The notes below the pieces were generated by a model. The model worked only from the letters and a program-made list of their open reading frames with translations. It did not search any database and was not told the origin of the DNA. The position numbers were made by a program, and so were the translations under genes. Source: the human T2T-CHM13v2.0 reference genome, Homo sapiens. From it: a stretch of 64,000 nucleotides of DNA. The stretch's first letter is position 1. Each line of letters opens with the position of its first letter. Positions 15,395 through 32,895 of this stretch are shown in pieces. Location of the stretch: assembly GCF_009914755.1 (NCBI RefSeq), contig NC_060938.1; one strand, given 5' to 3'.

Positions 15395-15631
15395 GAAACT
15401 CTATACAATTTTTCTCTCTCCCCAGCCCCTGGAAACTACCATTCTACTTTCTGTTCCACTACTTTAGATACCTCATATAAGTAGAATTATGTAGTATTGT
15501 CTTTTTGTACATGGCTAATTTCACTTAGCATAATGTCCTCAAGCTTCATCCATATCAATTTTTGGATTTTTTTTCTATCTTCATGAAAAATGTCATTGGG
15601 ATTTTGATAAGGATTGCAGTGCATCTGTAGA
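15395..15631 (-). mobile_element. L1M late-ORF2 and 3' fragments left of the SVA
   Basis: attgggattttgataaggattgc... and atttcacttagcataatgtcctcaag. Confidence 0.7.
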
Positions 15632-15641
15632 CAGCAATCTA

Positions 15642-16286
15642 CAGGGTCATAGGACAATAGCGTGGGAAGGTCAGCAGATAAACAAGTGAACAAAGGTCTC
15701 TGGTTTTCCTAGGCAGAGGACCTTGCGGCCTTCCACAGTGTTTGTGTCCCTGGGTACTTGAGATTAGGGAGTGGTGATGACTCTTAAGGAGCATGCTGCC
15801 TTCAAGCATCTGTTTAACAAAGCACATCTTGCACCGCCCTTAATCCATTCAACCCTGAGTGGATACAGCACATGTTTCAGAGAGCACAGGGTTGGGGGTA
15901 AGGTCACCGATCAACAGGATCCCAAGGCAGAAGAATTTTTCTTAGTACAGAACAAAATGAAAAGTCTCCCATGTCTACCTCTTTCTACACAGACACGGCA
16001 ACCATCCGATTTCTCAATCTTTTCCCCACCCTTCCCCCCTTTCTATTCCACAAAACCGCCATTGTCATCATGGCCCGTTCTCAATGAGCTGTTGGGTACA
16101 CCTCCCAGACGGGGTGGTGGCTGGGCAGAGGGGCTCCTCACTTCCCAGTAGGGGCGGCCGGGCAGAGGCGCCCCTCACCTCCCGGACAGGGCGGCTGGCC
16201 GGGCGGGGGGCTGACCCCCCCACCTCCCTCCCGGACGGGGCGGCTGGCCGGGCAGAGGGGCTCCTCACCTCCCAGTAGGGGCGGCC
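15642..16286 (-). mobile_element. SVA retrotransposon fragment (SINE-R plus part of VNTR), lacking 5' end and poly(A) tail
   Basis: diagnostic SINE-R sequence (GGTCAGCAGATAAACAAGTGAACAAAGG...) and GC-rich VNTR units. Confidence 0.95.
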
Positions 16287-17509
16287 CTTTCTTATTTTTA
16301 ACGTAGGCATTTACCCCTATAAAGTTTGCTCATAGTACTGCTTTTGTTGCAACCCATAAGTTTTGGTATGTTGTTTTCATTTTCACTTAAGATATTTTCA
16401 AATTTTCCTTGTGATTTCCTGTTTGATTCATTGGTTGTTCAAGAGTTGTGTTGACTTCCACATATTTGTGAACTTTCTAGTTTTTCTTCTGCTATTTCTA
16501 GTATCATTCTATTATGGTCAAAAAAAAAAAAAAAAGACGGTTGGTATGATTTGAATCTTCTTAAATTTGTTAGGACTTATTTTGTGACCTAACGTGATCT
16601 ATCCTGGAAAATGTTCCATGTGCACTTGAAAAGAACGTGTATTCTGCTGCTGAGTGGAGTGTTATGTACTTGTCCATTAGGTTCTAATTGGTGTGTCATG
16701 TTGTTCAAGTCTTCTGTTTCCTTACTAACCTTTTGTCTGGTTGTTCTATCCATTATTGAAAGTTGGGTATTAAAATCTCCTACTATAATTGTATACCTTC
16801 AGTTATGTCAATATTTGCCTCATATATGTGGATGTTCTGATGTTAAGTACATATATAATTGTTGTGTCTTCCTGGTGAATTGGTCTTTTTATCATCATGT
16901 CATTCTTTGTCTCTCATGACAGTTTTTGACTTAAAACCTATTTTGTCTGATACAAGTATGACTACTCCTGTTCTTTTTTGGTTACCATTTACGTGGAATT
17001 ATCTTTCTCTATGGTCTGACTTTCAGCCTATATGTGTCCTAACATCTAAAGTGAGTCTCTTGAAGACAAGATATACGTTGGATCTTGTTTTTGTTTTTGT
17101 TTTTTATCCATTCAGCCACTCGGTATCTTTTGATTGATGGGTTTAATCCACTTACATTTAAAATAATTACTGATAGGGAAGGACTTATCACTGCCAGTTT
17201 GTTTTTTTCTCTGTGTTGCAGTTTTGTTCTTCTTTTCCTCTCTTGCTGCCTTCTTTTGTATTTCACTGATTTTTTTTTTTTGTAATGACATTATTTTCTT
17301 TTTGTTGTTGGTATTTTCTTTGTAGTTACCGTAGGAAATTGCATAAAAATCATAAAAATAGTTGTAACAACCTATTTTAAGATGATAATGTCAATCATAT
17401 ACAAAAACTCTACTTCATCTTCCCCTACCCCTGCTTTTTGTTATTTATCTCATGAATTATATCTTTTGGATATTTTGTATCCATTAGCATGGTTTTATAG
17501 TAATAGGTT

Positions 17510-19126
<1,617 letters not shown>

Positions 19127-19747
19127 AACAGGTTTTTTTTTTCTTTCCCCTTTCAGCACTTTGAATATATCAAGCACTCCCTTCTGGCCTGTAATGTTTC
19201 TGCTGAGAAGCCACCAATAGTCTTCTGGGAACTCCCTTGCATGTGATAAGTTGCTTTTTCTTTGCAGCTTTCAGTATTCTTTGTCTTTGACTTTTGATGG
19301 TTTGATTATAACGTGTCTCTGTGTGGTCCTCTTTGGGTTCATCCAAATTGGAGTCCTCTGAGCTTCTTGAATTTGGATGTCCATTTCCTTCCTCAGATCT
19401 GGGATGTTTTTGGCCATTATTTCTTCAAATAAGCTCTTTGCACCTTGCTCTGCCTCTCTTCTCCTTCTGACATTCCCATAAGGCATATATTGACCCACTT
19501 GATAGTATCCTGTAAGTCCTCTAGATTTTCTTCACTTTTCTTTTCTTTTTGCTCTTCTGATTTCATAATTTCAAATAACTGGTCTTCAAATTTGCTGATT
19601 CTTTCTTCTGTGTGATCAAGTCTAATGTTGAACCACTCTAGTGAGTTGTTTCAATTCAATTATTGTGCTCTCCAGCTCCAAATTTTGGTTCTTAGTTTCT
19701 CTTTATGATATTATTTTATTCATGTATTGTTTTCCTGATTTCATCAG

Positions 19748-19947
19748 TTTTTTTTTTTGTTGTTTTGTTTTTTCAGAGACAGGGTCTCACTATGTTGCCC
19801 AGGCTGGTCTCAAACTCCTGGGCTCAAATAATCCTCCCACCTCAGCATCCCAAACTGCTGGGATTACAGGCCTGTAATTTGTAATTTGTAATTTGTAATT
19901 ACAAATTACAGGCCTGTAATCTGTAATCTGTAAACTTTGCCCAGCCT
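19748..19947 (-). mobile_element. FLAM monomer with an internal palindromic scar
   Basis: left-monomer sequence interrupted at 19872-19935. Confidence 0.85.
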
Positions 19948-22113
19948 AGTTGTTTTTCTGTGTTTTGTAGCTCATTGAGCCTCTTTAAGATTATTACTTT
20001 GAATTCTTTGTTAGGTAACTCACAGATCTGTTTCTTTAGGGCTGGTTTCTGCAGTAGTTTGTTCTTATGGTTGAGCAATATTGCCTTTTTAATTTTTGGT
20101 GGAATTTGGGCATTTGAAAAAACAGTCAGGCCTCTCCCAATCTTTACAGACTGGCACCATACAGGGGAAGATCTTTCCCAATCAGCCCAGCTAGAGATTC
20201 TGGGGCCTGTCAAATCTTTCCAGGAATGTGTCTTCTCTGGGCTTGAGTTTGGAATTTCCCAATTAAAGAGTTTTGCCTGTTTCTATTGCAGGGGCTGATA
20301 ATCTTTTCCTCACTTTGGTATCTATCTGCAGTACTGCAGGTTCTCTGTACTGCAACAAGCCACTGAGTGATCCTTTGTTTTCATCCAAAATATGTTGGTT
20401 CCTCATCAGTGCTCCAAGTCATGTGAGACAGAAACCAATCCCTCAGGCAGCCCCCAAAAAGGCAGAACAGTGGACAAACATTCCATTTTTCTTTTTCCCT
20501 CCAAAGGAGAAGCCACAAATTAGGCATTTTCTCCTGATCACCTGAGGCTGGCTTGAGGAAAGGGATATCTTAGGTGAACTGCAATGGCTTTTCTTACCCC
20601 TGTAAATGCAGCTGTTCTTGGATTTGTACCTCTCCAGGGCACTACAATTTCTTAAGTGCTTGCTGGAGGTTTCATAAAGGCTTTTTGGACCATATATTGT
20701 TGTTAAGTTAGTGTCTTGAGGTTACAGAGTCTGGAGCTTCCTATTTCTTCATCTTACTGATACCAATCTGAGACAGATGTCAATTTTTATTGCTATTAGA
20801 TGTGAGTGCATTCCTTTCCTACGATACACCCACTCTTTCTAGTTTGCTATTTCAAATCTGCAGACTTGAGAAACCAGATAACTTGGCTTTTTAAGAAGGT
20901 TATGACTTATACACATAAATGGTTTATAAAAACAAAACAGTGTTCATTCAGGGTACAACTTTAAATTACAAAAACAAAACAAAAAAGAACAGAACTGAGA
21001 AACTAAGGATGAAGATTTCAGACCACTATTTCCAGAGGTTCACTTACTGTTGGTGCTGGATGTGTTTCCTTGGCGCAAGATTAACAAAGTCAGACTTCTG
21101 AATACATAAGGTATACTTTCGTTGCTATATGACAGCCTTATATTTGTTCTGTATTTCTGTAAAAACCAGTGTCTTAAAGCTCTGGATTTTGCTTCTAAGC
21201 AACATAAGTCACACTCTATTTAAGCCTTCTCTCCTGGTTGAAAGAGCATTTTCTCTTAGTGCCTGATCCTTCCAAATATAAAATGCCACCTGCAAGTTTC
21301 ATATATTGTTTTCTCCCAGTCATATTGAGTACCACCAATAGGTTTATGCATCCTTATCAGTAAGCCAGTCAGTAAATTCACTGAGAAGCCTGCCTCCTTG
21401 GACATGTGCTGTATCTATAAACATGTTCAATTCAAATTTGGTCCCACCATCTAGGAATTAATCTAACTTCAGAGAAAAACTAAGAAGTAGAGTGAGGAGG
21501 TGACATATGCTCCCAGAGTGACCTGGAGTTGCAGAATTCAGAAGCCTAATTATAGGTACCTGCTTCACACACATTTCCTATTTAAGTGTCTGAAGCCATA
21601 TTGTAGAAAGATATCAGAATCAAGACTGGACTGACAGCTTTTCTGCAAATCAATATTCCTGGTTTCAAGGAAGTCACTGGCACAGGGCCTGTGAAGTCCT
21701 GGGTAGCTTCCTGTAAGGGAGCATTCCACTATTACCTCAGCCCCAAAAGAAAGAACTGATTCCATTTGCATTCCTTGCCAATAGATAAGGAATGGCTAGA
21801 CATTAGCAACTGTGGAGGGCAAGCTGGTGGTCATGATGACTGAGTGAATGGATGAATAAATGATCATTTAATCAATCCATCCACTAAAAGGTAATCACTA
21901 CTAATCCATGCTTTATTATGTAACCACAGCCAGGGGACCCTGGTATAGATTTTCCTGTCCTTTTAGACCAGGAGTCATTGACTCTGGGTTGGAAAAGATA
22001 GGATGACAATCCACCAGCCAAACTTACCCTCCAATATAAAAAAAATTTAAGACATTTGAATTCTCAGCAGTGAGATTCTTGTCCATCTTCCTGAATTTGG
22101 ATACTCGGCTTAC

Positions 22114-22268
22114 CTCAAATTATATAATAGTTTGCAGAAGAAGGTTGCATGGGCACAAGCCTCGATCATCAGTCCCCGAGAACGGCCCTGCAAATACAGC
22201 CAGATACGATCTTCCTCTGGAACCCCATACTCAAACTGCAGGGACTCAAGGTCCTGGAGCATGTCCAT
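22114..22268 (-). CDS. NOXRED1: NOXRED1 coding exon 1 ([15 protein letters not shown]...LLYNLR)
   Basis: ATG at 22268; ORF 22110..22301; donor GAG|GTAAGC; 155 nt, phase 2 joins exon 2. Confidence 0.93.
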
Positions 22269-23204
22269 TTCCAAGCCACTATTTCCTGCAGTGATAGACA
22301 CTAATCAATTTGGCTCCCTGTCCCGGTAGAAGAGGGGTCTATGTAGGAGGTGTGTGTATGATGGTGTGTGTGCCCAGGTCACAAGCACTCATGATGATGG
22401 GCTTCAGCACCTCTCTACTCCCAGATTCTGAATTTGGAATTCACCTCTCTTGAATTCACACTCTAGAGTGTGAGTGTTTGAGGATTCCTAATCACTGGCT
22501 GCCCATGAATCCTGGACTCATGAAAAACCTGTACAGAAACCCAAAGTATTGTTTCTCCACACAGGTTACAGGCACTGTTTTCGGCAGATGAATTTACAAC
22601 AGCAATTGAGTTTTACAGGTATTCTTGGGCCAGGACGTTTTCCCTTCCATTCCCTCCTGCGTTTTGGAAATAGGACTGAACACATAGAACCACATTTCAA
22701 AGAAATGCTTCCCTTTCACTAAACTCTGTTCTCCACAGGGTACAAAATAACCCAAACTAAATATCATTGTCCCCTGTCTAGGGCAGGGACATCTAGATTT
22801 TACAAACTAAACTCAAAGTCATATAAACCCATCTACATATATCTATCACCAAACAGAGAAGATTGGCTCTGCTCCTCAGTACTTCTGATCCTGGAAGGTA
22901 AGAACTACATTTCTAAGGAGAATTACCCAAGAAACTTGTGATTATGACTCCTTAACTACCAGATTACAGTCTCTAAGTCTTAAAGAGGCCAGCCCCACTT
23001 AGAGGTTTTCCTGAGCTGCGTATCAGGACATGAGTTCCTTCCACTATTTCTAGGAGTACTACACTAGAGCAGTATGAGACCCTCCTTTTCCCAACAGAAG
23101 ATTCTGGATTTCTAGGGGTTTTTTTTGCAGACTAGAATATCTTACAGATCTTAGCACTACTTGAGTTAGTTTACAACTCCTTCTTTTTGTGTTCAAGAAA
23201 CCAA

Positions 23205-23490
23205 TAAAATTTTTTCAGGTGAAATCCACATAACATAAAATTAGCCATTTTAAAGTGAACAATTCATCAGTACATTCAGAATGTTGTGCCACCACCTCTA
23301 TCTTGTTGCAAAATACTTTCATATTCCCAAAAGGAACGCCTACACCCATTAAGCAGTTACTCCCTATCCCTCCCCACCCTCAGCCTCTGGAACCACCAAT
23401 CTGCTTTCTGTCTGAATGGATTTACCTATTCCAGATATTTTATATAAATGGAATCATACAATATGTGACCTTTTGTGTCTGGCTTCTCTA
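23205..23490 (-). mobile_element. L1MB 3'-end fragment
   Basis: cataacataaaatt...aaatggaatcatacaatatgtg. Confidence 0.75.
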
Positions 23491-23549
23491 ATCCCTTTTA
23501 TAGGAAGGCTGTTATATGACGACACCATCTCTTTAAAAGCAAAGTCTCA

Positions 23550-23870
23550 CCCTGGCGTGGTGGCTCACGCCTGTAATCGCAGCACTTTGGGAGGCCGAGG
23601 CAGGCGGATCGCTTGAGGTCAGGAGTTTGACCAGCCTGACTAACACGGTGAAACCCCATCTCTACTAAAAAGCTGGGCATGGTGGCAGCTACTTATTAGC
23701 TGGGTGTGGTGGCACGTCTGTAATCTCAGCTACTCAGGAGGCTGAGGCAGGAGAATTGCTTGAACCTGGGAGATGGACGTTGGTTGCAGTGAGCTGAGAT
23801 TGCGCCATTGTACTCCAGCCTGGGCGGCAGAGGGAGACTCCATCTCAAAAAAATAAAAAATAAAATAAAG
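23550..23870 (+). mobile_element. Alu with duplicated start of right monomer
   Basis: agctgggcatggtggca...ttagctgggtgtggtggca. Confidence 0.9.
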
Positions 23871-24099
23871 TAAAAGCAAAGTCTCTGCACTTGAAATGAG
23901 GGGCATGGACGTTCTCATCAAACCTAAGAAACATTTTCTTACACCAAAACAGTCAGTAGGTCATCCTAATGTTGCCAAGTAATGCTTCCTGCTCCGAAGG
24001 AAAAAGAAGCTCAAAACCTAGATTAGCATGACCAATGCAGCATACAAGTTGTACAGACATGAATTCTAGGCCTATCCTTTACTTATGCATTCTCAAAAG

Positions 24100-24836
24100 T
24101 GGGGATCAGTTGTTATATTTTGTATTATGTCACCTTGGCTAGGCTGAACTGCAATTTCCAGAATGTCCTTCCCTGTATGTTTCCAGTTAAGGTGGACCAC
24201 CAGAGATATTTCTATGCAAGATCAGGAGGGTGGAAATGAACAGTAACCAGTCTGTGTTTCAGTGTGCATAATCAGGGGAAGTACTTTTGTAGTTCACACA
24301 TGTTGTTGTTTATCTGCTGAGTACCTTGTTGGTGAGGGGCAACAGTTGGGCCTGTAACTGCTACATCTTCCCTGGTTCCTTCTTCAGTTGCTCACTCCTG
24401 GGCCAGGTGTTTTTCATTTCCATGACAAAGGCCACTAGCTTTTCCAGCAGCGGGACACCCACCTCATCAAGGTTTGAGGCTGTGAGAACTGACATGGGTC
24501 CCAGTCCCTTCTCATGGTTTCTAGCTTGTCCCTGCTCACTCACTTTATAATGATCTTCCCTTCTTCACGGCCTTCCCTATGGATTTCAAGCTCTACCACT
24601 GGACATGAAGACAACTACGTTAAACACACCCTCCAGCTGCCATACTTGAGTGGAAGTACTCAAACAGAAAAGACAGGCTCTACTCCTCGGTACTTCTCAT
24701 CCAATTTCTCTAAACAGGTCAGAGAAAGGTCAAAATTCTCTAACAAACAGCAGATATAGATTAGATTAGATTAGATTAGATAATGCATATATATGCCTAG
24801 TGGTTCTGCTTCTCTAAATGAACCCTAACCAATATA
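24100..24836 (+). mobile_element. MLT2-family (ERVL) LTR with internal (GATTA)n
   Basis: start resembles tatgtcaccttggctaggct; end tggttctgcttctct...gaaccctaaccaatata. Confidence 0.65.
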
Positions 24837-25011
24837 CTAGTTAATAAAGTAACCACTGTTTGTTTGAAGATGAACCAATAATTTTAGTACAATCTAGCAA
24901 ATTAAACTCTTGTTTCTTCAATAGCAAGAAGGATGATCAAGAAAGGAACTAAATATGAGGTTACCTGGAATTGCAAAGTGGAGGAGCAAAAGATGGAGTC
25001 TGATCCCCTTA

Positions 25012-25222
25012 AAGCAGTTTCTCAACACTGGTGTTGCTAACATGTGGGCAGGATAATCCTTTGTTGTGGGGCTGTCCTGTGGATTGTAGGGCGTTTAGCA
25101 GCGTCCCTGACCTCTACCCACTGGATGCCAGTAGCACGCCTAGTGTGGCAACAGAAAGCAACTTCGAACATTGCCAAATGTCTCTTGAGGGGCAAAACTG
25201 CCTCCAGTTGAGAGCCATATTG
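25012..25222. mobile_element. MER20 hAT-Charlie DNA transposon
   Basis: close resemblance to MER20 consensus (ttctcaac...cctctacccactggatgccagtagc...gttgagagcca). Confidence 0.8.
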
Positions 25223-25310
25223 CCTTAAGGCATGGCATGTGCCTCTGTAGGAGCATCTTCTCTTTGCCTTCTATGACTTCACCCACTCCACAGTCACAGG
25301 AGCACAGAAC

Positions 25311-25769
<459 letters not shown>

Positions 25770-26077
25770 CTCTACAAAATTTTAGATTATCTAATGAATC
25801 CAGAGAAAGAAAGGGACTCACCCAGCATCACATAACTATTTAGTGGTAGAGCTGGAAAAAGTCAGGTCTTGTGTCTCCCAGCACCGTGCTGTTTCTGTTA
25901 ACCACACAGCCCTGCTTTGCCATAGCACTGTTACTCTATAACCTGACATGTGCCGACAGGCTGCTAAATGCAGTCACTGAGGAAGACTTGTAATGATCCT
26001 AAGATCCTGAGCAATTATTTCATCATTCTACACAAAACCACCAGGAGCGGGAGAGAAGGCACCAAGGAAGAAATACC

Positions 26078-26083
26078 TTTATT
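26078..26083 (-). terminator. VIPAS39: VIPAS39 polyadenylation signal AATAAA (3' UTR about 26060-26995)
   Basis: TTTATT on + strand, followed on the minus strand by U/C-rich sequence. Confidence 0.8.
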
Positions 26084-26995
26084 AGGAGTCTAGGCATGTC
26101 AGAAAAACCCAGTTCAGTCACAGAAAAGGAGGCAAATATTGGTACAGAGCAAGAATCCAAGTGTGAAAATAAAACCTCCATCTAAATATCCTAACAGAAA
26201 TGCTGCTGAATTTAGCCCAGGTGAAACTTCTGAAAGCTCCTGGTGAAATGAGATTTTTGCATAAAGAGAGAGCTCTCCAGCACTGCTGCATCTGAGCTTC
26301 TTATAAAGTGACAGGTCTTGGCCAGCAGTAGAGGAAGAGATAAAGGGGATGTCTCATCACCCAAGCAAGGTCGTCTGTGTTCAAGTGAGAGAAGAACCTT
26401 AGGGTTTTGGACAGAGTAAACTGGGGCAGCAGAGGGAAAATGGCTGAGGAAACACAACGTCTAGGCCGTGTGTGGCATAATGTGGAGGGGTCTGTGCAGT
26501 CTGGTGTGAGTGCATCTCCAGGAGGTCTTGGGAAACACTGGCATTCCTTCCTGAGGCCATTTTGGTTCTGTTCTGACTTCATTCAGAGCAGAACTGCCAA
26601 TGTCCAGCGCCAAGTCCTGGATCATAATTAGCTGAGTGGAATGCAGTAGCCACCCTATGACTCCCATACCTCTTCCTTTCTGGAGCAGTCACTTTTCTCA
26701 GACCAAGTGAGATCTTACCCAGTAGGGGCCCAATCTAGAAATCACTCCCACCTTCATATGAGCACCAGGTGGAGAGAATCATTCTCATGACTCAAAGCTT
26801 TAGATCTCGATCCTCAGATGATGTTCCTTGGACAGAAGATCAGTCTGAAGTTATCTGTGTCAAGAGTAGCTGGCACTGCCCATGGGTAATGGGCCCAAGC
26901 GATGTGATGCCGCAGCTCTCCCAAAGAAGAGCTCTCTCTGCTTTCACAGGCAGGAGAGGAGGAAATGAGGCAGGCTTCAAGGTAGTCAATGCCAC

Positions 26996-27016
26996 TTAAT
27001 TCTTCCATCGAATTTG
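26996..27016 (-). CDS. VIPAS39: VIPAS39 exon 20 coding part (QIRWKN*)
   Basis: acceptor ccacag|CAA; TAA at 26996-26998; total CDS 1482 nt = 493 aa. Confidence 0.94.
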   Translation of the reverse strand, partial: QIRWKN

Positions 27017-27749
27017 CTGTGGAAAGAGGAAACAATGAAAGTGTGTGATCAGTTTTCACTTATCCCTACAGCAAGGCAGAGAAAATGCAACAAAACAAGG
27101 CTCAGCTAGATAATGTAAGGAAAAGAAAAAGTAGAATCAGATCAGGAGGTGGGGGATGTTGAGAAATTTTTTAAAATATATGGGGGAGTTCATTTATTCA
27201 AAGATGCATTAAACACCTATTTTGTATTTTACAAGCCTAATTTTGGTCATTTGACCCTAAGGTAGGTTCCAAAATACCTAACAGGGAACTAACTTTCATA
27301 TTAACAAAGAGCTCAGTAATTTCCTGCTGTGAGAGACGAACCAGCTGTGCTCCCCAGGTAGCTAACATCTATTTCACCCACTTCTTATTTTCAACTGGTA
27401 GGTCCCATCCATCCCCACGAGACCATACAGTTTGGATATTCTGAATCTGTAACATGTTTTCATACTTTCAATATTTAGTTTCTCCTACATGCTAGGTTTA
27501 ACTATTATCACAGCATTACAGTTAAGTCTTAGCTTGAGGTCCCCAGATTACCCCCCTATCATACCGCATCTCAGGAGTAATTTCTGCTATTCAAAGCAGT
27601 GCTTTTGACATTGTGGCCAGAGGAGAGCCTTACATCCATGTGGCTTAGCCAACTGCAATCCTTCCAGACCTTGGGAACATACATTTGGTACTATTTTGTG
27701 AACTGTCTGTCTCCTGAGCCTGCTGGAGGGGTGAACTGTAGCTGCTCAC

Positions 27750-27854
27750 CGAGCTGCTGAGAAGAGCATCAATCTTCTCCTCCTCTGCTGATCCTTTATC
27801 TACCTTACTCCTGTATGCTAGCAACTGTTGACGATCCTTCAGGTCCCGGTAGGT
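27750..27854 (-). CDS. VIPAS39: VIPAS39 exon 19
   Basis: GT-AG, 105 nt, [15 protein letters not shown]... Confidence 0.95.
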
Positions 27855-28385
27855 CTGTGCATCAAAACAAACAATACAAACCTCCAATCAGCCTCTGTAC
27901 AGGGTTCTTTTTGCCCAGGATGGTCTCAAACTCCTGGGCTCAAGCAATCCTCTCTCCTTAGGCTCCTGAGTAGCTGGAACTACTGGTGTGTGCTACTGTG
28001 TACACATGAGGGCTTATTTCTTTTTGTCATTATCACTTTGACCCAACGCTCAAGGAGAGGCTAAGAGGCTATAGTGGGATAACAGTGGGGTCCAGTGCCC
28101 ACAGAACTCCATGTTGGAGAGAAGACTACACAGCTTGTATAGCTTGATTTAGTTCCATGAATTCTCCAAGTACGACAAGTTTATAAAAACACAGAGAAAG
28201 CAGTCAGAGGGCTGGGAAAATAATACAGGAGTGCTGGTCTCCAAACAAACTCTTGCCAGATTATTCTGTCCATTCAGTCAAACCTGGTGGGAGCACCTCA
28301 GGATCTTGGACAGAGAATATTATAATCCCCACCCTGCTTCGCCACTGAGGATCTAACGGAGGACTCCCATTTCTTGGGGACTCAC

Positions 28386-28475
28386 ATCAATGACGACATC
28401 ATGGCACTTGAACTTAGTGGCTAAGTTCAACTTCGTGTCCACATCTTCCACCAGATTGACATACTCCTGTAATAT
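28386..28475 (-). CDS. VIPAS39: VIPAS39 exon 18
   Basis: GT-AG, 90 nt, [15 protein letters not shown]... Confidence 0.95.
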
Positions 28476-29060
28476 CTGTGGGAAGAGGTACTTCCGATTA
28501 ATGATTCAAACACCCATAAGGCACAGAGCTCTACAAGGTAGAAAAGAAAGTCCTGAAGAAGGCAAAAGAGTTCAATAGCTAATGTTTCCAGTTTCCATCA
28601 TCAACCACAGGACTAGTTCTGCAATGGGAATGAGGTAACGCTACACAGTACTTCCATGCTGCCTCAGTAAGCAGGAAAGAGCACACTTCTCCTGATCCTC
28701 GAGCCAGATACACATGCCAGCAATGAGTGCTCTAGCTGTGATCCAGTGCTCTGCTCATTTCTCCCTGATGTCTTTTCTCCACGAGTTCTCCTTTTCTATC
28801 ATTTGAACAGTACATCAGTATTCCACTTGGGCTAACACAGTAGATGCTACTCAGAGAGGACAGTTTGGAATTGTTTCTAAAGGGGAGAAAGGGAGAGAAT
28901 TTCACTCCCTGGCCTTTTCTGTCTTGAGGCCTATTGCAGCCATTGTGCTGCCTTTAAGGGAAAACAAGAGCAGATCGGGTCTCCCATCACTGACCAGTAA
29001 GAGGCTTAAAGTTAGGTCTCCAAGAATATCCTGTACCCAACTCTCTTCAGGACCCATTAC

Positions 29061-29147
29061 CTGCACAGGGGCATTGTTCTTGTGCAAAATTTCGACAACC
29101 CGATGGAAGCCAATGGGTGCTCTCTTCTTGGTATAGCCCAGCCAGTT
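29061..29147 (-). CDS. VIPAS39: VIPAS39 exon 17
   Basis: GT-AG, 87 nt, [14 protein letters not shown]... Confidence 0.95.
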
Positions 29148-29739
29148 CTGAAAGAGGAAGATGGGGTAGCGGCAGGTAGGCCAGGCACACTCAACACATT
29201 CTAGGTTAGTCTATGTTTTACGATCAGACCAGAATAATGTGGTGGGTGAGTGGGGGTGCTGAGGGATACAGAAATAATGAGAAATGAATTTTTCAGAAAA
29301 ATCAAGGGATTTGAGAGAGTGGAAATGAATCAGGTTTGAAATAACTTCTTAGATCTATAGAAACGAATGCAGGGAAAAGTCTTGAAATACTACTAAATGG
29401 GATAAGTAACTTACTTAATATTTGTAGTATGAACTTATCAATGTAGAAAATAATTCCATCTTCCATATCTTTGTAAGTACAGATGTTTATTTGCAAATTC
29501 ATGAGGGAAGGTCTGGAAAGCTACCCATTAAACTTTTAACAGTGTTTGCCTTGAGAAAGGGGGTGAGATAGGAGTAGGTAGAAAATGAAAAAGGAACTTC
29601 ACTCTTTCTATACTTTAATACAGTGTTTGATTTTGACAACAGACACATATTGCTTTGTTAATATAACTAATTAAATAATTAACAAATAGGAAAAACAGAA
29701 AATTTTTAAACCCATAATGGAAAAACAGATATTTAAAAC

Positions 29740-32404
<2,665 letters not shown>

Positions 32405-32573
32405 AGGTAAATCAGTAAAGACATGACAACCAAACTCAATCCAAGGTCTTTGATTGGATCCTGATAGAAAAAAATACAGAAGCAAACCAAAAGTAGCTAT
32501 AAATAACTAATTTAAATATGGACCATGATTAAATATGTATTATTATATTAATGTTAAATTTTTTTAGTGATAA

Positions 32574-32895
<322 letters not shown>

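Noticed and set aside
22269-22301. 11-aa N-terminal extension of NOXRED1 in the ORF track ([11 protein letters not shown])
   Set aside because: Starts at GTG, not ATG; the first ATG is at 22268.
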